Shown in pieces: positions 32,445 through 42,500 of a DNA stretch of 64,000 bases. Position numbers and translations under genes: made by a program. The stretch is taken from contig CAVVLG010000003.1 of NCBI GenBank assembly GCA_963749085.1, positions 80,235 through 144,234 on the forward strand, read 5' to 3'. The DNA is from Candidatus Adlerbacteria bacterium. GTDB lineage: Bacteria; Patescibacteriota; Minisyncoccia; Phycocordibacterales; SBAW01. The notes under the pieces were generated by a model. That model did not search any database. It saw nothing but the letters and a program-made list of their open reading frames with translations, and had not been told where the DNA came from. The first letter of the stretch is position 1; each line of letters begins with the position of its first letter.

Positions 32445-32951
32445 ATGGCAAAAGAAAAACGATCTCTCTTTGAATGGCTTACCGGGGGCTCCGGTGCCTC
32501 TGACGACTATGCTTTTGATGATCTGGAAAGCGGGTCCGGCAGCTATCCCGTGCCTTCGCGCAAATTGAATCCGCGAAAAGATAGAAATGAGGAACTCGAG
32601 GAAATTCCGGAGGAGCAAGCGGACGGCGAGCTTGCCATTGACGTCTACCAAACTCCCACCCACATCGTTATCAAGGCGATGATAGCCGGGGTGAAACCTG
32701 AAGATTTGGATGTTTCCATAACCCGCGACATGGTCACCGTGCGCGGGAAGCGCGAGCGACATACGGAAGGGACCGCCGGCGATTTTTTCTTTCAAGAATT
32801 ATACTGGGGCTCATTTTCCCGCACGATAGTATTGCCGCAGGAAGTTGAAATTGAAGAAGCTGAAGCAACCGAGAAGCACGGACTTCTTATCATACGCTTG
32901 CCAAAACTCGACAAAGGACGGCAAGCAAAACTCAAAGTACGATCAAACTAA
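32445..32951 (+). CDS. Hsp20/alpha-crystallin protein
   Basis: IDVYQT...AGVKPEDLDV...WGSFSRTIVLP...GLLIIRLPK. Confidence 0.93.
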   Translation: MAKEKRSLFEWLTGGSGASDDYAFDDLESGSGSYPVPSRKLNPRKDRNEELEEIPEEQADGELAIDVYQTPTHIVIKAMIAGVKPEDLDVSITRDMVTVRGKRERHTEGTAGDFFFQELYWGSFSRTIVLPQEVEIEEAEATEKHGLLIIRLPKLDKGRQAKLKVRSN

Positions 32952-32952
32952 A

Positions 32953-32977
32953 AAAACTCCGCGGCCTGCGGGGTTTT
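32953..32977 (+). terminator. Intrinsic terminator
   Basis: aaaactccgcgg/ctgcgggggtttt hairpin after stop codon. Confidence 0.65.
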
Positions 32978-33012
32978 AAATTCCTTCTATTTTTGTTAAA
33001 GTTCTGTGTACT

Positions 33013-33085
33013 GCTTGGGTAGCTCAGTTGGTAGAGCATCTCCCTGAAGAGGAGGGGGTCGCCGGTTCGAGCCCGGCCCCAAGCA
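33013..33085 (+). tRNA. tRNA-Phe(GAA)
   Basis: Full cloverleaf, TCTCC-CTGAAGA-GGAGG. Confidence 0.95.
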
Positions 33086-33095
33086 CACCGTCTAG

Positions 33096-33407
33096 CTAGT
33101 GCGATGTGGTCGTGCTTTGTTGATTTAGGAGATCACCAAAAAAGTTTGATATTTGGCTTTCATACGTCTGAGCCTGCTTCTGATCGGTCTGCAAATTACT
33201 GTACGCTTGTTCGATTTTCAGCAGATATGGCTGGTAATAATAGTAGGCGACACCTGAGGCCGCGATAATAAGAAGCCACCACAGAACCATAAAGAAGCGC
33301 CCCCACGCCGCTCCGCGGCGCACCTTATGCACCATGCGATTGGTATCTTCTGATAAAGCAATGTTCCGACGAACAAGTTCTTTTAATTCATCTATTTGCG
33401 GATCCAC
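33096..33407 (-). CDS. Conserved small membrane protein
   Basis: GTG start 6 nt after TATACT; coiled coil, TM, YYYYQPY. Confidence 0.75.
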   Translation of the reverse strand: MDPQIDELKELVRRNIALSEDTNRMVHKVRRGAAWGRFFMVLWWLLIIAASGVAYYYYQPYLLKIEQAYSNLQTDQKQAQTYESQISNFFGDLLNQQSTTTSH

Positions 33408-33440
33408 AAAAAAAGTATAGCACGCTCTCTTTGTGCCCCC

Positions 33441-33508
33441 GGGCGATACCGTACTGACTTCGATGGGGGCCGGTATCGGTTCCCTGCGCCACAGCGCTGT
33501 GCCCCCGG
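33441..33508 (+). repeat. 68 bp direct repeat, left copy
   Basis: Identical to 46984-47051. Confidence 0.95.
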
Positions 33509-33788
33509 GCGATACCGTACCCCATTCGGTAAGCACCCCAAGGGTTCTTTGATGTACATATAGTATGCGATGGCGAAGGGGGCCGGAATGCCTCAGTTGC
33601 GGGAGATTTTGAAGATTTTTGGGGCGATTCGATGAGCCGAGAGGAGGGGCGGTACCGTACCAGATGAAATGCCTAAAAATGCCTAAAAATTGGATGGTTT
33701 GTGCTTGGGGAGCAGAAATTTTAGGCTTTTGCCGTTCGAGCGATTTTACCCGGAATGGGACACGGAACGGCGTATCAAATGTGTAATT

Positions 33789-34301
33789 TCAGCCACTTGT
33801 ATCCCTACCCTTGGTATCAAGCAGCTGTTTGAATGTGGCATCCTTCACACGCCACAGATAGAAGGTCTTGCGGGTGATGTGAGAGTACTGGCAGGCCTCG
33901 GTTACTTGCATACCCGCCTTCTCGAATGAGAGCAGAAAGGAGAGCTTTTTGATGAGGGTGCGGAGTTGTGGACCTCTCAGTTTTGCCATGCGCTCAAGCC
34001 GTGCCTTGTTGGCCTGCTCCTGCCATTCCGCACGGTACTTATACTTGCCATACATAGGAGGAATAGAGAAATAGTTGGCAATCCAGTGCGTGGCTGACGG
34101 CATGGACCAGTTAAGACCTATAGCTTCTGCAGGTGATACAGGACCGTTGGAATCCCCATAATACAGATTACCCGATTGCTGTTGTTGGCGTAGAGTGGTA
34201 TTGGAGCCGGCGGGAGAGAGAGGAGCGTTGGAGTCGGCGTAGTAGAGATTGCCGGATTGTTGCTGGCGTATATGGGTGTTGGAGCCGGAGGCGGTTCTCA
34301 T
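33789..34301 (-). CDS. Hypothetical protein with N-terminal duplication and C-terminal HTH-like segment
   Basis: GSNT..RQQQSGNLYY.DSN.P.SPA x2; ACQYSHITRKTFYLWR. Confidence 0.5.
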   Translation of the reverse strand: MRTASGSNTHIRQQQSGNLYYADSNAPLSPAGSNTTLRQQQQSGNLYYGDSNGPVSPAEAIGLNWSMPSATHWIANYFSIPPMYGKYKYRAEWQEQANKARLERMAKLRGPQLRTLIKKLSFLLSFEKAGMQVTEACQYSHITRKTFYLWRVKDATFKQLLDTKGRDTSG

Positions 34302-34374
34302 CTAAACTTAAATATCTTACTTTTTTATTAAGCTCATCTTTAATAGAGATACAGCGCTCCAGAAACGGCTCTTA

Positions 34375-34635
34375 CTAACCCTGATGACCAAATAGAAGCG
34401 CGACAATAAATAAGATTGTGAGCGCGACACAAAATAACGAAGCGATATATAATAGTATGCGGTATAACAGCGTGAGATACTGTTCTCGTTTTGGTTGCGC
34501 TGACGAACCAAATCCGGTAGCTTGAAGAAGCTTTCTTGCAAGAAAGATTCCTAGCGACCGATTGAAAACGGTACATGCAATAGCGATCGCAATAAACGCT
34601 ATTAATAAAATTGAATTACCTACTAAAGTGGCCAT
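34375..34635 (-). CDS. Small 2-TM putative immunity/partner protein (orphan module)
   Basis: Follows orphan Rhs tip; AT-rich; paralogous to 36289-36522. Confidence 0.7.
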   Translation of the reverse strand: MATLVGNSILLIAFIAIAIACTVFNRSLGIFLARKLLQATGFGSSAQPKREQYLTLLYRILLYIASLFCVALTILFIVALLFGHQG

Positions 34636-34684
34636 ATGAGATTATTTTATACGAATAATATTTATAAGTTTGTACCGTCATATA

Positions 34685-35401
34685 CTACTTAATCACGCTC
34701 GGTGTCGACAGACTCGGCTGGGTATACAAATTTGCATTGTATGTATTGATCGCCTTTACAGCCGCGGCGAACCCAGTATCGCTAAGATTAGCACCTGAAG
34801 TATTAGCATAACTGATAACCGCATTCGAGATCTGACTTATATTAGTACCTCCCGAAGAAGATTGAACACCAAATGACTCGTTCGCTAGCATAGTTGGACC
34901 AAAGTATGCGGGCGTTTTATAAACAACTGATTCAGAAGCACCCATATCGAAACCGAATGTGGTAGTTTCTGTCCATGGAGTTGGCGGTCCAGCTTTAGGA
35001 TGTTTCCAGTCAGAGAAATCAAGTTGTGCCTCTGATGAAATTGACTCTCCTATGCCTGGAGTAAGGTCAGCTGAAGGTGAAGTGTATAAACCTGATGCGT
35101 CGAGGGAACCGCTCTTACTATACGTGCCCTGATAATTAACACCTAAAGCGAACCCAGCCCATGGGCCACCTTCAAATTGAATGCCCCAAGGATCGGTATC
35201 GACATTTGCACCTGCTACCACACCAAACCCTGCTCCGAGACTAACCGTCCCTCCGTATATATCTTTTCCTAAGGGGTCACTATTGGTAATGGGGTTATCT
35301 CGTCCATAGCTATAAGAGTTGAGTTGTTGTGGGTCCATTAATAGCTGGCCTTGCTGCTGTTGCGTCAATTGTCGAAGCTGAGTCGGATTTCCTACCGACA
35401 A
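34685..35401 (-). pseudogene. Orphan Rhs core-end plus C-terminal tip
   Basis: DPQQLNSYSYGRDNPITNSDPLG; no upstream YD repeats. Confidence 0.88.
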
Positions 35402-35499
35402 ACCTGCATGGATACGTCGGAAAAAGGATATTGTGCACCTTGATTCTGATCCGCGCACTGCTTCCCAATCCTATTTCGACACAAGCTGAAGAAGAGGAG

Positions 35500-36358
35500 A
35501 GCCCGAACGCGTTGCACCGCGTTCGGGCTCAAGAGTCTGATTACCCATCCACCACTCTGAGAAGGAGAGGAACGTGATAACGCAGACCCCAACTGTACGG
35601 ATTGGTCAAAACGATTGGCGTCAGAAGCGCGCGAATCGCTCTTCTGACGTTCAGTATCGCACGGCAACCGCCATGCGCGAAGTGAGTAATCCCCAACCGA
35701 CCACAACATTGTGCCTGCCGATCGAGGCGCCGGCAGGTGGCTGGGATGCCTACAACAGAGCAGTTCTTGCCGTAATCCTGAGATCAAGGCGGCGATGCTT
35801 GAAACGTGCGTATTCGGAATAATTGAAAGTACCATGCTCGATCCGATTAAGCTGCGGACGTGTATGGACTTTTTCAATGAAAAAAAACTCGCGTATGACA
35901 ACGAGACCAACAAGTTTAAGGGAGAGCGCGAAGAGTTAGTGTTGCGCATACCGCTCTTGCATAAAGGCGAAGTGATCGACACGAGCGTTAAGCAATTCTG
36001 CGAAGCCGCTCGGGTGCGTTTTGAGAAGTGCGTTGACTTCGATACCAAGCGGCAATTCTTACTCGACTACGTAGAGAAGATAATATTTACTGATGATCAT
36101 GTCGCTGTATACGGATCGGTACCCGTGCACATGAAAGCGTATACGGATGCTGACGCTCCCATTGAGACGAGCAAAATTGAATTCAAGCTTGAGGGCGACA
36201 TTTCCTCGGTGGAGCGATTTGCGACTTACAAAAAGAAAAGCGGTGGGAGCCCGATCACTATGGCGGAATTTAATAACCGCATTGCAAATCATTTATTAAA
36301 TAACAGAGAACCGATAAAAAGGAGCACTGCGACGGTACAGAAAAACGAGAAGAAATAA
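35500..36358 (+). pseudogene. Degraded serine recombinase C-terminal fragment
   Basis: C...CRNPEIKAAMLETCVF and KRQFLLDYVEKIIF resemble LSR zinc-ribbon/C-terminal motifs; no catalytic domain. Confidence 0.55.
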
Positions 36359-36522
36359 AATAAAACTCTGTAACAAATTACAAAGAATCGTTCCTGTCGC
36401 AATGACGACGGCAATATCATCATAAACTTCTCTGCAAAACGATTTGCCAGTTGTTTATTAAATACGGTAAAAACAATGGCTATGATTACGAATACAAGAG
36501 AAGCGATTATGTTACCAACCAT
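36289..36522 (-). CDS. Small 2-TM putative immunity/partner protein
   Basis: Directly downstream of Rhs; AT-rich; VGN...TVFN.L..FA.K...YR.L.Y. Confidence 0.72.
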   Translation of the reverse strand: MVGNIIASLVFVIIAIVFTVFNKQLANRFAEKFMMILPSSLRQERFFVICYRVLFYFFSFFCTVAVLLFIGSLLFNK

Positions 36523-36565
36523 AGAATTAAATTTTTAATGCTAATAAATATTGGGGTTCCATGGG

Positions 36566-39500
36566 CTATTTGGTGCCAGGTGTCGATGCACTCATTTGAG
36601 AGGAAAATAGGTTTGAATTGTAGGTGTTGATGGCTTTTACAGCCGCAGCAAAACTAGGATCAGCCAAGTTAGCACCAGTGGTATTCGCATAATTGATAAC
36701 TGCGCCAGAAAGTTGGCTAATATTACTACCTCCAGAACCAGAGGAAGGATTGGGGGAAGAACCTACGAAGCTTTGGAATTGGGAAATGACGTTACCAATA
36801 AAGCCAAGACTAAACGGTGACGCTTTGTATAGAACGGCATCGGTAGCCCCGGCATAGGCACCAAATGCGGGCACAACGTTGCCGACCGGTAATGCCGATT
36901 TAAGTTTAAATTTGCCGTCTTGCCAAGTCAGAGGCGCTTCGGACGAATAGCTTGCACCCACACCTGCGGCAGCTCCTGCTGAGACTTGGAAGTAAAGGCC
37001 CGCAGGATCCAATGACCCATTGGGGTCATACGTGCCTGAAACACGAGCACCTATGCCAGGCCCTATTGTGGGACCGTAACTGAATTGTCCTAGCCAAGAA
37101 TTTGTATCAATATCAAAGTTCGCTACCCCTCCGCCAAATATATACCCGGCATTTATGCTTCCCTCAAGAACACCGAGCCCTTGCGGATCACTAGTCGTTG
37201 TAGGATTATCCCTACTATAACTATACGCATTCAGCTGTTGTGGATCTGCTAGTAACTGATATTGGCTCTGGTCTAGAAGCTGCCCAACTTGATTTGGATT
37301 GCCGAGAGACAAAAATACAGGATCTTCCGAAAGGAACTGCCCCCTACTCCCGTCATAGTACCTCGCGTTCAGATAATCGAGACCAGTGTCATTGTCATAC
37401 ACCTGACCCACATACTTGCGCAGTGATGAGTAGCCCGCTAATTGGTCGTGGTTGCTAATGGATCCGTAGGGGGTGTAGTCGGTGACCTCCTGCACGTGGT
37501 TGTTAGAATCTGCGGTGACAGAGGCGGAGTTGAGTGTGTCGACGTAGTTGTAGTTGATAATCCCGCTTCCCGTAGCGCCGGTTATGTCAGCAACATCTTG
37601 ATTATTAAGGAAGATGTGCTTGGTGGGGAGCATTGAGACACTGTCGGTATTATAGTAGTCGTTGGGATAATAATAGGTGGTGCTTGCGGTGCCCACTCTT
37701 ACCCGATTGTCATTCTCATCGTAAGTGTAGGTGTCAGTGCCTGCCGTCGTGGTTGAGATGCTGAGGCGGTTGCGCCAATCCCAAGCACCTTGGAAGCCCG
37801 AGAGTCCTTGAGTGACGTTACCATTATTATCATACGTAATGGTGGTCTGGCCTACCTGCGTAGGGGCGTCTGGGTTGGCATAGCTAGAGCCTGTATTGCC
37901 TTGGTAGAGGTAGGTAGTAGTGGCGAATGTCCCGCCGAGTGTGGAGGAGGCGTCGGTGAGTACGTTACCTAAGGCGTCATAGGTCCACTGCTCGATTGTG
38001 TTGCGGCCAGCATTGGGCGCACCAGAGGAGATGTCAGGAGTAGTAGATGCCTGTATGAGTCTATTAAGACCATCGTAGGTGTAATCGACCACTTTGGCAG
38101 TTTTAGTGAAGGACGCATCGACAAGGTATGTGATATTTCCATTGGCATCATAAGTATAGGAGAGATCCTGTACACGGTTTCCCGGAGTCATGAAATAGTC
38201 GTTACCGTTGGACCAGGGAGACGGATTGTTATTTTGATCCCAGACTCTAATGCGCCAGAAATATTTGTTGGCATCGGTTCCGTTCGAAGGCAGCGTAGGT
38301 CCTGCATACGTTGATGTCGCCGTTCTTTGACCATTTTGCGTTTGCGGCGACAGAGTTACTTCGCCCGAATCCCATAAAGGAGTTGCCCAACTTCCTCCTC
38401 TTTGGATTACCTGAATTTCATAGGCTGAAGCTGTTGATGTGCCGGACGAATCATAGATGCCATTGAAGTACGGAGGAGGTGCCGTAACTTTGGTGTTTTG
38501 CTCCGCAAAGAAGTGGAAATTGTCGAACCACACATGACCGGTCGTTGTCCCTAGATCGAAATCGAAACGTCCATCTACATCTCCCGCATTTGGCGTAAGC
38601 GTAATTACGTAGTGATTCCAATTGGGATATAGATTGAAAGGGGTGAAGGGTGTAAATTGATTGTTAGGAGAGTGATTTTGATCGAGAACAACATCCGCAC
38701 TCCTTTGAGAGGTTGATTTGGCATCAAAGGCTAGTATGTACGTGGTACCAGTCGCCAGTGCCTGCTGTTGCCAAAACTGCACGTACCAATTTGTACTGGT
38801 AGCCTGGAGAACATTTATATTCGCCGAACAGCTCCCGTTGGTCGATGTAGTGCAATCCGTGCTTTCAGTCGCCTCCGAAGAGCCGTTATCTGTCCAGAAA
38901 CCATAGCCATAGTTGTTTCCTGTGGGATCGGAGATATTTTCAAACGATGGATTACGCACTGTAGAAAGACTATCAGGAATAAGTTCGACATCATCCAGCC
39001 AATACGTTGCACTATTAACCGCCCCGAGCGAAAATATCAGTCGTGAGTTTAGGTCAGTCGTCGTCGCGGTCGAGCTAAAGTAGTACGAGTACTGTTTCCA
39101 GTTTGGCGTGACGGTAGGGTTCACGTCGAGCCCGTAGCTTAGATATTGCCCGCTATTTTGCTGTAACGTTGCTTCGATAGTCGTCGTGGCCGATGCTTTT
39201 GCGCTGAATTCCAAAGTGTAATTGACGTTGGGATCGACGCGAAGCAGCTGTAGGAGTTGTGGTAAATAGTTGACACTTGTCGAAGCAACAACAATTTTAT
39301 CTGAGCAGGCACCAGTGAAGGCAGTTGTGCAGTCGATAGAACTGCTTGAAATACTTGAACCTTCATTAAACACCCAACTTGTGGAAGAGGCGTACTCAAA
39401 TGAGTCGTCGTAGGTTACCGAATTTGAGAACCAATAACCATCGGTATTGAGATTTGTTGAAGCAAATGGAGGAGTGGGGCCTGTTGAGGATGCGGCGTTG

Positions 39501-42500
39501 GCAAAAGTTTGCGTGATAAAGCCCATGGCATTGCCTACCGCAGTGCCCCAAGCTCCCGAATCTGGGAGGAGTGTCACTTTGTGCGTTAATCGATACAGGT
39601 GGTTCGCATCATAGGTATCGGTAGTAGTAGCACCACTGCCCCACAAAATGGTAGCCTCCTGGCCGAGCGGAGAGTAAAAAACATTTGAGACAACCGTACG
39701 CCATGGCGATGACGTTGCCTCGCGCTGCTGTATTTCTTGAACCAACCCTTGAGGACCTAGCGTGTATAACACCTCGGACTGGTCGGGATATACGATGTCG
39801 GTCTGATCGCCCTGTCGGTCGTAGGAATATGACGTGGTGTATGTTTGTCCCGCAATCTGTTTTACTTCTTGTGCAGGCTTCCCCAGAGGATTGTAGCTGT
39901 CGGTCGTTACAATAGTTGCATTCGCAGTTGTGGTTGCGATACAAATCAAGCCTATACCGTTTGAACAAGAATCATACTTATACGTTACCGAGTTTGCGCT
40001 GGCGGGCATGTAAGTAATTACGATGATACCCTGACCTCCCGTGCCCGCAGCACCGCCTACGTGCGTTGCCCCGCCTCCGCCTCCTCCACCTCCGCCTCCG
40101 CCGTACGTGCCGCCGTTTCCACCCGCTGAGCCGACTGCATCTCCTGTCGCGGACGCACCGCCGCCTCCGCCTCCGCTCGAACCATGAGACGCATCAAATT
40201 CTGTTCCGATGCCGCCAGCACACCCGACTGTTGCTGGAGTATTGTTTTGCCCCCCACCTCCACCACCGCCATTGGTACCGGCGGTGCATCCGGAACCACT
40301 GTCACCATTGCCGTGTCCTGTTCCGCTTGAATTGTTTCCGCCATTTGCTCCGTTACCTGTGCCTCCAGTACCATTCCCCGCCGTACCGCCGCCATTACCT
40401 CCTCCACCCGGCCCGGCCCCGCCAGTAGTATTTGCGCCTCCTTGCGCTCCCGCTCCGTTGGACCCTCCAGCACCGCCTCCCGCAGTTGGAGCCGCATGAG
40501 CGGCATACGTACCACCGGCTCCCCCCGCATATGTTGTCGAGCCTATAGACTGCGAAGTTAGACCTCCTACGCCAGAGGAGGTAGTACCGTTCCCCGCACG
40601 CCCCCATGAGCATGACAAAGAAGCGGTCGAGGAGGCGGTGCCGTTGAAATACGTTTCTCGAGCTTGCCCGACGGCAGTTGTCACTGACGTGGTTGTAGCA
40701 TCAGCTCCAATTGCGTAGGTTATGTTCCCTCCTGGCGTGAGAGATAGATTAGTGATCTTTGCATAGGCACCTCCACCTCCTGCGGCTCCACCCGCGCCTC
40801 CGTCGGCGACGCCTGCCGCGCCTTCGCCTCCTGATCCAACGCACTGGATAGTGTTGTTCGACGAGTTCCAGTTTGAGGGTACGTTCCAGGTCTGATTGCC
40901 TTTACCCGGATTAACGGTGAGGAAGATGACGGTGGCACCGCTTCCTCCGGTTCCTTCGGTCAACTCGCGATTGAGCGCATCATAAGTGTAGGTAGTTGTT
41001 TTGCCGTTGGGGTCAACTTTTTGCGTCACGTTGCCCGCAAGGTCATAGGTATAGGTCGTCGTGCCAAAAGTAGTGTCCGTCGCGACGTGAAGGTCCTGTG
41101 CCGTGAGTTGGCGATTGAGACCGTCATACGTGAAATTGCGGATATTGCCGCTGGCATCCGTCACTTCCGTGAGGTTATTTTTCAGATCGTATGCATATGT
41201 GGTCGTAGCGGACGTGGTGGTGGTGCTATGTTCAACCACATTGACCAGATTGCCGAACGCGTCATTCCAAAAATCCTTAAGATTGCCGTTAGGGTCCGTG
41301 ACCATGGTATGCCACGGATTATACACATAGGTTGTCGAACCGACCGCGTTATCGACGGAAGCGATTCTCTCCAATGGATCGTAGGTATAGCTGGTAAAGA
41401 GCGCGGTCGTTGTCGTAGGTGCCGCCCAAGACGTGCTTGAGGCAAAATATTGGAGGGATTCATCCACCAGCAAGCCGGAAGCACCGTACACATCATCTTT
41501 CACGGCATAGGTATTGGTTGGAGCCGCCTCCGTGCGCGTTTGTATGGTGCGGCCGAGACCATCAAAGTATTGGTATGAGACCGTGCTGGTTGCGGAGTTG
41601 AGATAGGAGGTCGTCGTGGTGTAAGTCGGGAAACCCGTGTCGGTATATGCGATAGTTGTATTCAAGTCAAGTGTGCTGGGCGTATTGAGGTCAGGCTGCA
41701 ACTTCTCACTAACGCGCCCGACCGGATCGTACACGGTGACATGCGTGAGCCCGTTGGGATCGGTCGTGGTCGCCACATTGCCAGTCCCATAATCGTACAT
41801 ATAACTAGTGGATTGGTTGAGCGCATTGGTCGAAGTGGCAGGGTAATAATTGAAACTGTCGAATGAATAGCTGGTTTGATTACCGTTAGGGTCAGTGCTG
41901 CTCGCCACAAGGCCGTAGGAGTTATATGACTTCGTCTTGCTCGCATAGGTACTTCCTGTAATCCAATCCTCCTCCTTAGTCTGATTTCCGAGTGATACAG
42001 ACCCCAGCGGTAGGCCGTCGTAGTAATACTGGGTTTCTGAAAGCTGAGTGCTACTCGCATTGGTAAGTATAATGTCGTCTTGCAGATCCAGCGTCGAGCT
42101 TGCATTGGTCGCATAGGTAATATTTTTGATGCTCTCATCATTGCTGCTGATAGTGGTGTACGTGCCATTGGAGCTGCCGTTTACTTGACCCAGATCCTCA
42201 ACCTGCGCGAGATCCCCTGTAGTGGTGGAGTACGTGTATTGAATGGCATGATCCATGTGATTGCTACCGCTGGGATCAAAATCCTGCGTCATTTGGTTAG
42301 CGAGAAAGACGAAATACCCGGTAGACGCGGTGGTTGAGGGAGTGGTGGTGGACGTAGTCCAGTCGTAGAAGGTGCGCTTCAGCAGCGTCCCGCTGGGAGT
42401 TTCGGTGTCTTCACGGAACACACGCCCAATTTGGGCATAGCTATCGCTCTGCTCGCCGTCGCCGGTCGTTACGCCGTTGCCTTGGTTGTAATAGGTGACC

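Noticed and set aside
33432-33520. CRISPR-like repeat-spacer-repeat (23 bp repeat, 43 bp spacer)
   Set aside because: Only two repeats, no cas genes, repeat contains the tRNA-Arg 3' end and the unit is duplicated at the island's other end
33667-33690. aaatgcctaa tandem duplication
   Set aside because: Two short copies only, no supportable function
34685-37330. DGR template/variable repeat pair
   Set aside because: No reverse transcriptase in the window and differences are not adenine-specific
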